A stretch of DNA of 64,000 nucleotides, from IMG/VR virus record IMGVR_UViG_3300032236_000765, positions 1-64,000 of that record. The stretch is one strand, 5' to 3'. A program made the position numbers and the translations under genes. Below, piece after piece: positions 54,101 to 64,000 of this stretch. The DNA comes from a virus. A model generated the notes under the pieces. That model was given only the letters and a program-made list of their open reading frames with translations, searched no databases and had not been told where the DNA came from. Position 1 is the stretch's first letter. Every line of letters begins with the position of its first letter.

Positions 54101-57100
54101 GCATTACCTAAGTTAGCATTACCACCAGTGATATTGCCAGTACCATTAACTACACCTGAACCAAAATTCAAATTACCTACGTTAGCATTACCGGTAACTG
54201 CTAGAGAACTGAGTGTACCAACTGATGTTAGATTCGAACTAATGACTGATGAATTAAGTGATGTACCAGTCAAGTTAGCAGCATTTGCTGTGATCACTGT
54301 ATTAGATGCTGATGTTAATTGACCCTGTGAGTTAACAGTAAATGTTGCAACACGGTCACCGCTACCATATGTACCAGAAGATACACCTGTATTGTTGATA
54401 TTGAATGTAGTTCCAGATAATGATAGTCCAGTTCCAGCAGTATATGTACCTGCTTGTGAGAACTGTGCGAAGTTTATTCCAGTTGTTCCGATGGTGATCG
54501 GAGCAGGAGTATTACATACCCAACCGGTATTAATATTTACTGTGCCTGTTTGCACCAGAACGAATGCGTTTACTAGATTAGATCCAGTATTAGCATCGGT
54601 CGAACGGGTTAATACAGTAGAACTCGTGTAGGTGTAGATGCCATTCCAAGCAGTATTTGCTTCGTTCTTGACAAGGATTCTAGTTCCTAAGGTAGCAATA
54701 TTAACACCATCTATAGAGAGATAAGTTCCGGTAGTCGTGAGAGTAGCTCCTACTCCACTTGTTCCGTTGTTATAAGTAACAGTACCGCTTGAAGTAGCAG
54801 CAAGGGTATCAGTCGTTGCTGCTGCGACCGGATTCAATACTTTCAATCCTTGTGCAACAGTATCAACATAATTTTTAGTTGCAGCGTCTTGTGCATTTAC
54901 TGGGTTAGAAACATTAGTGATATATGCACTGTTGGCATCGATATTACCGGTGCCATTTGGTTTCAAGTTAATATTTGTATTGGTTCCAGCTGAAGTGATT
55001 GTGAGTGCGCCGGTTTTACCTAGAATATTATCAGTGATAACATAGGATGATGATGTGATATTACCTGTCGCAGTAATCGAAGAAAAACTACCTGTCACAT
55101 TAGCAGCATTCAGTGAAGCTAGATTTGCGCCAGATAGACCTGCTGCAAATGTAGCAGATGCACCAACTAGTGAATTCCAAGTACCGACAGTCACAGTTCC
55201 TATATTTGAAATAGCATTTGTAACTGATACGGGAAGAGTTCCAGAAATATTGCCTGCTGGTATATAAGTTATTGCTTGACCGTTACCAATAATATTACCA
55301 CCGGTGATATTACCAGCAGCAGTGATTGTTCCATTTCCGAATGTAGTATTTGCAGTGGAATTTCCTACAGTCAAGTTAGAGAGTGTACCAACTGATGTAA
55401 TATTTGATTGTGAACTTGCAGTCACTGTACCAGCAATAGTTGCTGTATTGGCATAAGTTGCATTTGCCACAGCACCGGTTACACTGCTACCTTGAATGTT
55501 ACTTAAGTTATTACCTGAACCAATGAAGTAATTTGCAGTTGCTGCATTACCTAGGTTAGCATTGCCGGCAGTAATGTTACCAGTACCAGTGACTACACCT
55601 GAACCAAAATTCAGATTACCTACATTAGCATTGCCGGTAGTAGTGATTGTATTAGCTCCGGCTGCGATGATGCCGATAATATTACCACCAGTGATATTAC
55701 CAGCAGTAGTGATTGTTCCATTTCCGAATGTAGTATTTGCAGTGGAATTTCCTACAGTCAAGTTAGAGAGTGTACCAACCGATGTTAGATTTGATCCAAT
55801 GATCGATGAGTTAAGCGATGTACCAGTCAAATTAGCTGCGTTTGCTGCGCTAACAATAGAAGCCGCAAAAGTCAATTGACCTTGTGGGTTGACAGTGAAC
55901 TGTGCGATTCTATCGCTGTTACCGTACGTACCGGAAGATACACTCGTATTATTAATACTAAATGTAGTTCCAGATAGAGTTAATCCAGTTCCAGCAGCAT
56001 AGGATCCTGCTTGTGAGAACTGTGCGAAAGAAATCGAAGTAGAACCTAATGTGATTGGAGCAGGAGTATTACATACCCAACCGGTATTGATATTTACTGT
56101 GCCTCCTTGCACTAGGACGAATGCATTTACTAGATTAGATCCAGTATTAGCATCGGTCGAACGAGTGAGGGTCGTAGAATTAGTATAGGTATAAATACCA
56201 TTCCATGCACCGGTAGCTTCATTCTTGACAAGGATTCTAGTTCCTGCAGATGCTATATTAACACCATCAATAGTAGTAAATGTTCCGGTAGTAGTTAATG
56301 TTGCTCCTACACCAGAAGAACCGTTATTATAAGAAATCGTTCCGCCTGATGCAGTAGCAAGTGTTCCTGTTGTTGCTGCGGCAACTGGGCTCAATACTTT
56401 TAGACCCGAAGCTAATGAATCTACGTAACCTTTAGTTGCAGCGTCTTGTGCATTTACTGGGTTAGAAACATTGGTGATATATGCACTGTTGGCATCGATA
56501 TTACCGGTACCATTAGGCTTTAGATTGATATTTGTATTAGTTCCGGCTGAAGTGATAGTGAGTGCGCCGGTTCTACCTAAAATACTATCAGTGATAACAT
56601 AGGATGATGATGTGATATTACCCGATGAAATCAATGAGGTTAGTGTACCGACTGAAGTGATATTTGATTGTGAACTTGCAGTTACTGTACCTGCATTATT
56701 AGCATAAGTTGCATTTGCTACAGCACCAGTTACATTACTACCTTGAATGTTACTCAAGTTGTTACCTGAACCAGAGAAGAAGTTTGCAATTACCAAGTTA
56801 CCTAGGTTAGCATTGCCAGCAATGACATTGCCAGTTCCAGTGACTATGCCCGAACCAAAATTCAGATTACCTACGTTAGCATTTCCAGTAACTGCTAGAG
56901 AACTGAGTGTACCGACATTAGTGATGTTTGGTTGATTAGCTGTTGTCAATGTACCGGTAAGTAGTGAAGCTCCGATTGTTCCGCTGTTAGCATAAACATT
57001 ACCGGCAGTAATATTACCATTAACTGCTAGAGAAGTGAGTGTACCAACTGAAGTGATATTTGATTGTGCACTTGCGGTTACAGTACCGGCAGTAGTTGCA

Positions 57101-58449
57101 GAAGATGCAGTACCACTCAGCGCACCAACGAAAGTAGTTGCAGAGATAGACGCATTTGCTAAGTTAGCACTGATACCTGAATTGATTACTGCTTGTGAAT
57201 TACCATTAGCTGATGACGTAGTGAATGTCAGATAAGCTGTAGCAGCAGATGATGTATTTTGTAATAGAGCAGCAGCATTAGTTGCACTTGTTACAGTACC
57301 ACTGACATTAGAACCGGCTACTGAGTTTGCAGTCGTTGCATATGCAACAGCACCTGAGACATTAGAACCAGCTACTGAGTTTGCAGTAGCAGCATAGGTT
57401 ACTTGTCCACTGACATTAGAACCGGCTACTGAGTTTGCAACACTTGCATATGCAACAGCACCCGAGACATTAGAACCAGCTACTGAATTAGCAACGTTTG
57501 CATATGCAATAGCACCTGATACATTTGCCCCTGTAATATTGCTTAAGTTTCCACCATCACCCTTTACAGTTGTGAACACACCTGTAGCTGCACCGATATT
57601 ACCAACATTAGCATTACCATTTGCATTCAATGTGCCGGTAATATTAGCACCAGTTGAGGTTACAACGATTACATTAGAATTACCTGCAACTGAGACAGTA
57701 ACATTGCCGCCTGAACTAGCTATTTTAACATTTGAGGTACCATTAGAAATAGAGTTTCCGCCGCCACCTCCGGAAATTCCTGTAATGTTAGAACCATCAC
57801 CATACAAGTACTGTGCTTTGACTATTCCACTATTTGCATACACGTTTGCAGCAGTCACATCACCGCTATAAGCTCCATTACCTGCACTAACATTGCCTAA
57901 TGTCGCAGTTCCTGTTACGTTTAATGCACCGGTCAATACACCATTAGTTGCTCCGATGTTGCCAACATTAGCATTACCAGTAGCAGCAATTGCACCTGCA
58001 GTAGTTAGATTACCACCAGATATATTTCCTGTAGCAGTGATAGTATTAGATGAGTTGATATTTGTATTAGCAGTGACATAGTTCGCAACTACACCATTCG
58101 CTAAAGAAATATTATTAGAACCGGTGATGTTTGATGGCAAATCAATGAATAAAGTTTGAGTAGAACCGGTAAGTGTGGCATATTGAGCACCATTGGAATT
58201 AATACCAATGCTTAGTGTATTAGTATATACCTGCACATTAGAAATATTCGCATTAACAATGACATTCCCGTATGGAGAGTTGACAGTGATGCCTACTCCG
58301 GGAGTCTTATTAATCGAAGTTACGGTCTGTGCAGATAGACCGGTATATAATTCAGTAAAATTCTCTTGTACTTTTTGGAACGCTGTTCTAATTGCATCCG
58401 CATTTGGATCATTAGGAAACGTACCGAAATCGATATTTTGTTGTGCCAT
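51145..58449 (-). CDS. Very long G/N/T/S/A-rich tail fibre or fibre-like protein
   Basis: ID.GT.PND..AD.IRTAFQK..ENFTELY attachment motif; DAATK.YVD; many NITSVGTL repeats. Confidence 0.8.
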   Translation of the reverse strand: MAQQNIDFGTFPNDPNADAIRTAFQKVQENFTELYTGLSAQTVTSINKTPGVGITVNSPYGNVIVNANISNVQVYTNTLSIGINSNGAQYATLTGSTQTLFIDLPSNITGSNNISLANGVVANYVTANTNINSSNTITATGNISGGNLTTAGAIAATGNANVGNIGATNGVLTGALNVTGTATLGNVSAGNGAYSGDVTAANVYANSGIVKAQYLYGDGSNITGISGGGGGNSISNGTSNVKIASSGGNVTVSVAGNSNVIVVTSTGANITGTLNANGNANVGNIGAATGVFTTVKGDGGNLSNITGANVSGAIAYANVANSVAGSNVSGAVAYASVANSVAGSNVSGQVTYAATANSVAGSNVSGAVAYATTANSVAGSNVSGTVTSATNAAALLQNTSSAATAYLTFTTSSANGNSQAVINSGISANLANASISATTFVGALSGTASSATTAGTVTASAQSNITSVGTLTSLAVNGNITAGNVYANSGTIGASLLTGTLTTANQPNITNVGTLSSLAVTGNANVGNLNFGSGIVTGTGNVIAGNANLGNLVIANFFSGSGNNLSNIQGSNVTGAVANATYANNAGTVTASSQSNITSVGTLTSLISSGNITSSSYVITDSILGRTGALTITSAGTNTNINLKPNGTGNIDANSAYITNVSNPVNAQDAATKGYVDSLASGLKVLSPVAAATTGTLATASGGTISYNNGSSGVGATLTTTGTFTTIDGVNIASAGTRILVKNEATGAWNGIYTYTNSTTLTRSTDANTGSNLVNAFVLVQGGTVNINTGWVCNTPAPITLGSTSISFAQFSQAGSYAAGTGLTLSGTTFSINNTSVSSGTYGNSDRIAQFTVNPQGQLTFAASIVSAANAANLTGTSLNSSIIGSNLTSVGTLSNLTVGNSTANTTFGNGTITTAGNITGGNIIGIIAAGANTITTTGNANVGNLNFGSGVVTGTGNITAGNANLGNAATANYFIGSGNNLSNIQGSSVTGAVANATYANTATIAGTVTASSQSNITSVGTLSNLTVGNSTANTTFGNGTITAAGNITGGNIIGNGQAITYIPAGNISGTLPVSVTNAISNIGTVTVGTWNSLVGASATFAAGLSGANLASLNAANVTGSFSSITATGNITSSSYVITDNILGKTGALTITSAGTNTNINLKPNGTGNIDANSAYITNVSNPVNAQDAATKNYVDTVAQGLKVLNPVAAATTDTLAATSSGTVTYNNGTSGVGATLTTTGTYLSIDGVNIATLGTRILVKNEANTAWNGIYTYTSSTVLTRSTDANTGSNLVNAFVLVQTGTVNINTGWVCNTPAPITIGTTGINFAQFSQAGTYTAGTGLSLSGTTFNINNTGVSSGTYGSGDRVATFTVNSQGQLTSASNTVITANAANLTGTSLNSSVISSNLTSVGTLSSLAVTGNANVGNLNFGSGVVNGTGNITGGNANLGNAVTANYFIGSGNNLSNLQASSVTGAVANANYAASAAALLQNTSTAATVYPTFTTSAANGYSSAVINTGISANLSNNSITATTFVGALSGAATTAGTVTASSQSNITSVGTLSNLTVGNSTANTTFGNGTITLPSAGTITGGNLLSATYLTGTLTTASQANITSVGTLTSLGVSGNITAPNIIANTGIFSGNGNGLSSIVGANVTGWVPNANVANYAVTAATSTGTYYLGLMSATSGNIAIAANTNINVAVASGTLNATLLGGTLTTASQPNITSIGTLGNLGVTSNANVGNLNFGSGVVNGTGNVNAGNANVTGQLISTASTGAPLVVYSTTTVANLAAATAGTAGTVTASSQSNITSVSSSFTGLTFVANGNITMSGAASQLSGANLVSATYLAGTLTTGSSSQPNITSIGTLGSLSVTNKVNAGQLQGEGGNISNIQGGNVSGTVASSNTANFAGTVTTASQPNITSVGTLTSLVVGNTTANSTFGNGTITLPSAGNITGGNLLSAPYLAGTLTTGSSTQPNITSVGTLSNLTVGNATANATFGNGIIILTSAGNITGGNLLSATYLTGTLTTASQPNITSVSSSFTGLTFVANGTITMSGAASQLSGANLVSASYLAGTLTTGSSSQPNITSVGNLTSLIVGNSTANTTFGNGIFTATGNITAGNANLGNAVTANYFIGSGNNLSNIQGSNVTGAVTSATNAGTVTTASQPNITSVGTLSAVTISGTSNLASSSGYVAVGSTSQVNSFKFSQTGGSLGTSVGNQILHTTYYSTDSNADYLEITNTRYAAGADWTTAGSRLQQKVDSTWMGFIQFNGAVQGGITFGTGTNTTSATSVPGRIVIDSSGNLFPLVDNTVTLGGSGNRWSNVYANNFSASSYVIRSTGTGITAAGSTQGTATILTKEINVVSTVTSGANGVQLPAVAGAVVYITNTTANALNVYPASGGIINSLATNSSLSIPGGATLQFIAPTTSQWYTVGATYA
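54200..56620 (-). repeat. Two copies of a ~285-codon module inside the fibre gene (~55760-56620 and ~54200-55065)
   Basis: GNITSSSYVITD.ILG.TGALTITSAGTNTNINLKPNG...SNLTSVGTLS nearly identical twice. Confidence 0.88.
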
Positions 58450-58502
58450 CGTTATTATCACCCTATAACTGTATTTATCATTTAGGATAAGATGTATTAG
58501 CC

Positions 58503-58533
58503 AAAAAAATAGCCGGGATTAATCCCGGCTATT
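58503..58533 (-). terminator. Intrinsic terminator
   Basis: AATAGCCGGGA-TTAA-TCCCGGCTATT-TTTTT. Confidence 0.85.
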
Positions 58534-58550
58534 ATAGTTATATGTCGAAA

Positions 58551-61499
58551 TTACTTTTTGATTCCTGCTAACTTCATCAAATCACTTACTGATTCATTGA
58601 TATCAGTCGTGTTTGGTGACATTAAGCGACCTCTTTCACCTGCAATGATCGGAGCAGTAGTCTGACCAGTTGACTTAGGCTTGTTTAATCCACCTGAAAT
58701 AGTCTTGGTCATGAAGTCAATATCTTGTTCAAATGTAGTATCTGATACTGAATTACCCGGACCTGCCTTGTTTGCCCACTCATCTATTTTTTTAGAATTA
58801 TCACACTTGCATTTATATGAGTGGCACTTGTTGCACTTTCCTTCAGCAACCTGATAAGTCATTTGATCTTCTGATTCTACTTCATCAAGCATACGATCTC
58901 TGCTGTTGTTGCAACCGCACTTTGATTCCATCATACCGCATTCATCACATCTTGCTTCTGACATTTCATCATCATGGCAAGCGCAAGGACTGTGTCCGCA
59001 TTCTTCGCAACTTCCTTCATCTTCATAATCAGATGCAGAACCTTCGATTCCTGATAGCTTCTTCATGAGACCCATCATGTCACCGTGATCTCCGACAACT
59101 TCAATTTCACCGGATGTTTTGATCGGAGATGAATTCTTCATTGCATGTAGATGCGGCATTGCTGATTCTTCATCACCGAATACTCCTAGACCAGCCTGCT
59201 TAGCTAGAGAAAGTAATTTATCGGCGTCAGCATCTGTTGCACTGATATTAACTGAATCAGGTGCATGTTGATTTCCCTTAGAAATAGAAACTGAAAATCC
59301 TTCGTTGAGTAGAGAATTTAATTGTCTATCCCATGCTTCAAATGCAAAGTCTGTTTCACTCAATGATGAATTGTAGCTTGAAGTATCTCTGTATGTTCTG
59401 CCGCCCAACTTGAATGTTCCGCCCTTTGGGGTTCTAGCAAGAGCAGCAGTGAAGGCATTACCCTCATCTACGTCTTGATCTCGTTGTCCAAAATCAGCAT
59501 CTCTATCATTCCAACCACCGTGAAGACCTGGTTGTGTCTCAGGGTCATATGGATTGGTTGTTCCTGGAACAACTGATCTATGCAAAATTCCTACACCGTG
59601 TGCGATTTCATGTCCGAACTCATCAAAAAAGCCTTCATCCAGATCACTGTTGAACATTTCATCAAGTGGCGTATCTAATGCATCTTGTGCCATAGTACGC
59701 GGTCTAGCTGGAACACGAGGTGCTCTGACTAAGCCTACGATCGGAGCCATACCGTGGCATTCGTCAAGGCCTTCTTTGTATCCATCGTGATATGCTCTGC
59801 ATTCTTCCATATCATCATAGTTTTTACCACAGTGCGGATGTCCCTTGAGACCGTGTGCTTTACCTTCTAGGCGAGCAGCTTGAATGCGAGAACTCATACT
59901 TTCTTTCAGTCTACCGCTGAATTTTCTGGATCTATTCATTCTTCTTTCTTTTACCGGCTTCTCATCTTCATCATCTTTATCTTTGACCTGTCTGAGTGCT
60001 GGGCCACCGGTAGCTTGTTTCATGCTATCATGCCAATCATCTTTACGCTGGAAAGCTGGTTCTTCTACATCTTGCCCCATCCAAGGTTCTAAGGCTTCAT
60101 GAACTTCATTCTTTTTGAACTTGTCTATAAATGCCTTAACTAATTCATCGATATTAGCAAGTCCTGCTCTCTTGCTTTGTTCACGGAAGTTTTGATCTCT
60201 ATTCCATAATGTTGTAGCTATATTTCTAACTACGAATTCACTGATACTTGATATAGGGCCCAACAATTTTCTGATTTGACTAAAAATTGTATCAGTTGGC
60301 GCTGCATCCCCGAATCCTTGTGCATCGCGTCCTTCAAATTCATAGCTTTCCAGTGTTCCAAGTTTCTCAGCCCATCCAGCTGCTCTGTGACCAATTTTGC
60401 GCTGTCTGGTTGCCTCTGGATCACGAGCATCTTCTTCTCTATCTCTTTCTCGTGCCCGCTTTAAACGTTCTTTTCCAGTTTCGTCCTTGAATGCGCCTTC
60501 ATAAAATTCATAATTTTCTCTCGTGGTCTTGCGAGTAGTACCGGCAAGCTTCTTTGGTTCTCTACGTGTTGTTGACATGTTATTCCTTTTATTTTCTAGA
60601 GTAGTCGCGCTACGACCGGCACCTAATCCTGCACCTCTGGTATCTATTCCAGAAGTAGGAGCAATGTCGCCTTCTTTAACTTTTTTCTTATTCTTGTTAT
60701 CTAGCATACCACGCTTATTCGCAGTAGCCCATGCAATGCTTTCAGCATCCTTCTTTGACTTTCCTGCTTCACGTTCAGACTTGGCAATGTGCTTGACCAT
60801 GCGATCAACCTTTGCACCTTCTTCTAGGGTATCATCATCACCGTGTAGCTTCTGCCACATGATTTTATATGCGGCATCTTTAGCTTGTCTAGCTCTCTTT
60901 TGCTTATGTGCATCACCTGGCTTAGCTCTGCCATATGCTCTGTCTAGCATATAATCAAGCTCTTGTGCATTATACTTATTGAATTTCTTCTCAGCTTCAT
61001 GACCGGTGTGTGCTTCTTCTAACTTGCCTTGCTTTGCCAACTTAGCACGAACTGCACCTGCTACTCGCTCACCTGCTTTTTTGGAACCATAACGCTTTGC
61101 TGCCGACTTAGCAATCTTAGCAAAGTTCTTGCCTGGCTTGCCCTCATCACGCTCATCAAGATCATCTTCTTTCATTGTTTGCTGTCCTTGAAGATTGTTA
61201 GATGCTCCTCCGCCAGTCGCTGTTGCGCCGCCTGAAGTTTGCTGCTGTGATTGTTGCGTTGGTTGTGATTGCTGTTGACCAGGTGCTTGAATGATCTGAA
61301 CATCCTTAGGATCAAGATTCTTTAGCATGTTTTGCACAGCAGGATTGTTGCTTGTTACAAAGCCCATACCTGCTTGCTGGTTTTGTGGATTTAATACTGG
61401 AAGAGGCTTTTGACCAGGTGCGATAGCTTCCTTGAGCACTCTTTTATTTTCGGTTGCAGACGATTCGATCTGGCTCAATTTGTTCAATAAGTCTTTCAT
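58551..61499 (-). CDS. Modular internal-head/scaffold-like polyprotein
   Basis: MKDLLNKLSQIES leader; over 20 hydrophobic-x-E sites; C-terminal LMKLAGIKK. Confidence 0.7.
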   Translation of the reverse strand: MKDLLNKLSQIESSATENKRVLKEAIAPGQKPLPVLNPQNQQAGMGFVTSNNPAVQNMLKNLDPKDVQIIQAPGQQQSQPTQQSQQQTSGGATATGGGASNNLQGQQTMKEDDLDERDEGKPGKNFAKIAKSAAKRYGSKKAGERVAGAVRAKLAKQGKLEEAHTGHEAEKKFNKYNAQELDYMLDRAYGRAKPGDAHKQKRARQAKDAAYKIMWQKLHGDDDTLEEGAKVDRMVKHIAKSEREAGKSKKDAESIAWATANKRGMLDNKNKKKVKEGDIAPTSGIDTRGAGLGAGRSATTLENKRNNMSTTRREPKKLAGTTRKTTRENYEFYEGAFKDETGKERLKRARERDREEDARDPEATRQRKIGHRAAGWAEKLGTLESYEFEGRDAQGFGDAAPTDTIFSQIRKLLGPISSISEFVVRNIATTLWNRDQNFREQSKRAGLANIDELVKAFIDKFKKNEVHEALEPWMGQDVEEPAFQRKDDWHDSMKQATGGPALRQVKDKDDEDEKPVKERRMNRSRKFSGRLKESMSSRIQAARLEGKAHGLKGHPHCGKNYDDMEECRAYHDGYKEGLDECHGMAPIVGLVRAPRVPARPRTMAQDALDTPLDEMFNSDLDEGFFDEFGHEIAHGVGILHRSVVPGTTNPYDPETQPGLHGGWNDRDADFGQRDQDVDEGNAFTAALARTPKGGTFKLGGRTYRDTSSYNSSLSETDFAFEAWDRQLNSLLNEGFSVSISKGNQHAPDSVNISATDADADKLLSLAKQAGLGVFGDEESAMPHLHAMKNSSPIKTSGEIEVVGDHGDMMGLMKKLSGIEGSASDYEDEGSCEECGHSPCACHDDEMSEARCDECGMMESKCGCNNSRDRMLDEVESEDQMTYQVAEGKCNKCHSYKCKCDNSKKIDEWANKAGPGNSVSDTTFEQDIDFMTKTISGGLNKPKSTGQTTAPIIAGERGRLMSPNTTDINESVSDLMKLAGIKK

Positions 61500-61501
61500 G
61501 A

Positions 61502-62128
61502 TTATCCTCTATGAGCGCCAGTCTGTGGTTTAGCAGGTCTGCTAATTTTTGACATTGGACTTTTATTGCCTAACTTTGCATCTTCTAGATGAGGCTTGAA
61601 TGGATCGAATGCTGCAGGAGTTTTTTTACCAGCATAAGGAATATCCATGATGTCATCTTTTGACTGTTCCTTGATGCTATCTAAATATTGATTACCATAT
61701 GCTTTCGATGCTGCCTTTGCACCCTTCTCTTCTTCCATCTCTTCATGGGTGAGAACAGGGCTATGATTCATTTGATTTTCGTAGCCTTCTAACTCATCGA
61801 CAATGCTATCATCATATGAAGTTTTAACAACACGAATAAAGTCTACGTTGTGCCCTAGTAACTGTGCCATTTGCTGAATCATTGGTTCAGTTGCTGGATA
61901 GCGAAATTTACCCTTGATGATTGTCACAGGTTGATTAGATAGATTCGGAAAGCCATAAGGAGCTTTCTGAATTGGTGTTGATTTTGGTTCTGAAATTTCA
62001 ATTGGATCAAACTTCTTAAGATTGAAGACGAAGAGTTCTAAGAAGTTCTTACTCACATCTCCAGCAACCTTAATCGTGTAATCATATGTATGAACACTTT
62101 CAGCAATATAATGTCTTAAACTACGCAT
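61502..62128 (-). CDS. Conserved head-associated protein
   Basis: Start revised to MRSLRHYIAES after GATAAATA. Confidence 0.7.
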   Translation of the reverse strand: MRSLRHYIAESVHTYDYTIKVAGDVSKNFLELFVFNLKKFDPIEISEPKSTPIQKAPYGFPNLSNQPVTIIKGKFRYPATEPMIQQMAQLLGHNVDFIRVVKTSYDDSIVDELEGYENQMNHSPVLTHEEMEEEKGAKAASKAYGNQYLDSIKEQSKDDIMDIPYAGKKTPAAFDPFKPHLEDAKLGNKSPMSKISRPAKPQTGAHRG

Positions 62129-62159
62129 ATGGATCCCTGCCGTTCTTATAATATATTTA

Positions 62160-62645
62160 TCATTCTTTATTATTTTTGTTGCTGAAGGCTTTAAGTAATT
62201 CATTGCGATCAAGAGATTGCCCTTCTCCTAATGGAAGATTATCAAGCTCTTCAACCTTTGCCGCATTCTTCATATCTAGCTGTGCCTTCTTCATCTGCAA
62301 ATCAAGCATCTTAAGTTTCTTGTTGATCTTAGCTGTTTTAGCAGTAATAGCATGACCTAACATGCTACTAGCAGAATTGAAGATTTCTGAACTAAAACGG
62401 GCTTCGACTTGCATACCAAGATCCATTAAGTCTTTATAGCTTGAGGTAGCCATTGCAGCAAGCTCATCCATTTCGACATCTGCTGCTTCCAGTCCTCTAA
62501 CCTGAGGTAATGCATTTTCGATTTTTTCTAAGGTAGTCAATGCAGTCTCAGTAACTTCCTGTGTTTGATCAGGAAGAGGTTCCATGAGTTCATTACTCTC
62601 AGATGAGGAAGCTAAATCAAATAATTCTTCAAGTTTTTTATTCAT
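62160..62645 (-). CDS. Helical protein, possible terminase small subunit
   Basis: Coiled-coil core and C-terminal DRNELLK reminiscent of gp16-like proteins; adjacent to gp4-like gene. Confidence 0.45.
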   Translation of the reverse strand: MNKKLEELFDLASSSESNELMEPLPDQTQEVTETALTTLEKIENALPQVRGLEAADVEMDELAAMATSSYKDLMDLGMQVEARFSSEIFNSASSMLGHAITAKTAKINKKLKMLDLQMKKAQLDMKNAAKVEELDNLPLGEGQSLDRNELLKAFSNKNNKE

Positions 62646-62660
62646 GCAGATATTTAGTTT

Positions 62661-63095
62661 TTATCTGCGCCCATTATAAAACAAATCGTCTTCTGTGATT
62701 ACGCGAAAGGCAATCCCATGAGCTTTACAGTATGCATTAGCTGCGGCCCATTTAGCATGATTGATCGCTACGACTGCCCTATCTCTTGCGCTTGCTGTTT
62801 TGCTTTCGATAAGGCTTTGCTTTTTAGGTTTAATTTCTACTACTTCAGCAATCTGCTGTCCATGCTTGTTTTGATAGACTACTAGAAAGTCAGGAACATA
62901 CATAGTGGGTTTTCCAGTCAACGGATGGCGATATGGAATTCTGATTGATTCACTCGCCCATTGTAATACACTCTCATTGCAGTCACAGAAAGTCATAAAT
63001 GTCAACTCCCATCCTGAACGATACCTAGGTTTATGCTTACCTACATATTTTTGAGGATTCTTGGGAGTAAATATGCCCTGTGCCCACTTAGCCAT
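62661..63095 (-). CDS. Head completion nuclease (T4 gp4/TnsA-like)
   Basis: PKNPQKYVG, YRSGWE..FM..CD, W.SE...IPY, Y.PDF, EIKP, AKW.AA. Confidence 0.9.
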   Translation of the reverse strand: MAKWAQGIFTPKNPQKYVGKHKPRYRSGWELTFMTFCDCNESVLQWASESIRIPYRHPLTGKPTMYVPDFLVVYQNKHGQQIAEVVEIKPKKQSLIESKTASARDRAVVAINHAKWAAANAYCKAHGIAFRVITEDDLFYNGRR

Positions 63096-63452
63096 TTACA
63101 ATACTACATTTCGTTGCACTGCTTGATTAGGATTGGGAATCTGGCTTATACCATATAATGATACTTTTGACTTGAATGTGTTTAGATAATAGCACATCAC
63201 AGAATTCATCTGAAGTTTGTTATTGACTCCCTTCAAATTCTCTAACATATCAATGACATTATACTTACCTTCCTGTGCAATTCTAAAAAGAACTGCGGTG
63301 AAGTTAGCAGCGATATTAGGATTGTCACAGACTCCCTCAAAATATGAGTATACTACATCATATTCGGTTGCATTGACAACAAGGTTTATATTATAAAAAC
63401 TATCAAATACAAAGACAGTTTGATTTGTTGGGTTTGGTGTTATAGTAGCCAT
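63096..63452 (-). CDS. Hypothetical late protein
   Basis: TATAAATA 5 nt before ATG. Confidence 0.75.
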   Translation of the reverse strand: MATITPNPTNQTVFVFDSFYNINLVVNATEYDVVYSYFEGVCDNPNIAANFTAVLFRIAQEGKYNVIDMLENLKGVNNKLQMNSVMCYYLNTFKSKVSLYGISQIPNPNQAVQRNVVL

Positions 63453-63460
63453 AACATTAT

Positions 63461-64000
63461 TTATACTATAGTTTGTTGCGGAGCAAAAGGATTATCTGCA
63501 GCCAGTCCAGTACCAAATGGAGCTATCAAGCTTTCTCCTGCATATTGTGATCCTACTGGAGTATTAATCTCATTTTGTTGTGTAGGATCAGGAGTAACGG
63601 GAGCACCTGCCGGAGTAGTAGCAGCATAATTTATATTATTAACAGTTGTTGTTGCTTGTGAATTAACTACTGGAGGAGCAGCTAATGCACCGATAGTAGG
63701 ACTTGATGCAAGTCCAGCAGAACTAGGTGTAGATGCTGCAACCGGAACATTAAACATAGTATTTCTATTAATGGGTGCAGTTTGAATAGAAGACCGCAAT
63801 AATGCATTCAGTGCTGTTGTTGCTATACCATTATTATTGATAGAAGCTGCTACCTCATTTATGGAGTTGTAAGCTGCACTTGCATTTGCTATTGCACCTA
63901 AGATATTTCCTTTCTCTAAGGAATTAATTGCTCCGCCTGCTGCATCTATGAGTCCGCCCCTGCCCAATACAGTACCATTCGCACCTGGATTCATGATAGG
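63461..64000 (-). CDS. C-terminal part of a structural protein (5'-truncated by window edge)
   Basis: Frame is open to the window end; Ala/Asn/Pro-rich. Confidence 0.6.
   Translation of the reverse strand, partial: PIMNPGANGTVLGRGGLIDAAGGAINSLEKGNILGAIANASAAYNSINEVAASINNNGIATTALNALLRSSIQTAPINRNTMFNVPVAASTPSSAGLASSPTIGALAAPPVVNSQATTTVNNINYAATTPAGAPVTPDPTQQNEINTPVGSQYAGESLIAPFGTGLAADNPFAPQQTIV

Noticed and set aside
52982-58468. Many plus-strand ORFs inside the fibre gene
   Set aside because: Antisense shadows of the repetitive Gly/Asn/Thr codons; no SD or promoter

Overview
This window is an AT-rich fragment of a large, T4-like (jumbo-type) myovirus genome in the standard genetic code, and most genes are on the minus strand. 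(1) 1-7.7 kb: a LamG protein, a papain-like protease, small early-gene cassettes with a shared promoter, a cell-wall hydrolase and a metallophosphoesterase. (2) 7.8-18.9 kb: a tRNA super-cluster of 31 CCA-encoding genes (one degenerate) covering all 20 amino acids. It is interleaved with HNH endonucleases, speD, a glycosyltransferase and several non-tRNA structured RNAs. (3) 18.9-36 kb and 58.5-62 kb: a large set of probable head-packaged proteins with T4 capsid-targeting-like N-termini. Several are polyproteins punctuated by (L/I/V/M)-x-E prohead-protease-type sites, including a three-domain nucleotidyltransferase/ligase/HIGH-adenylyltransferase. (4) 36-46 kb: ClpA, DnaJ, holin, PhoH, clamp loader, GroES and a stand-alone DnaE fragment. 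(5) 46-64 kb: structural genes, a GH19 endolysin, a 2435-aa repetitive fibre and a gp4-like nuclease. The tRNA-His identity elements point to an alphaproteobacterial host. All calls come from reading motifs by eye; no searches were run.
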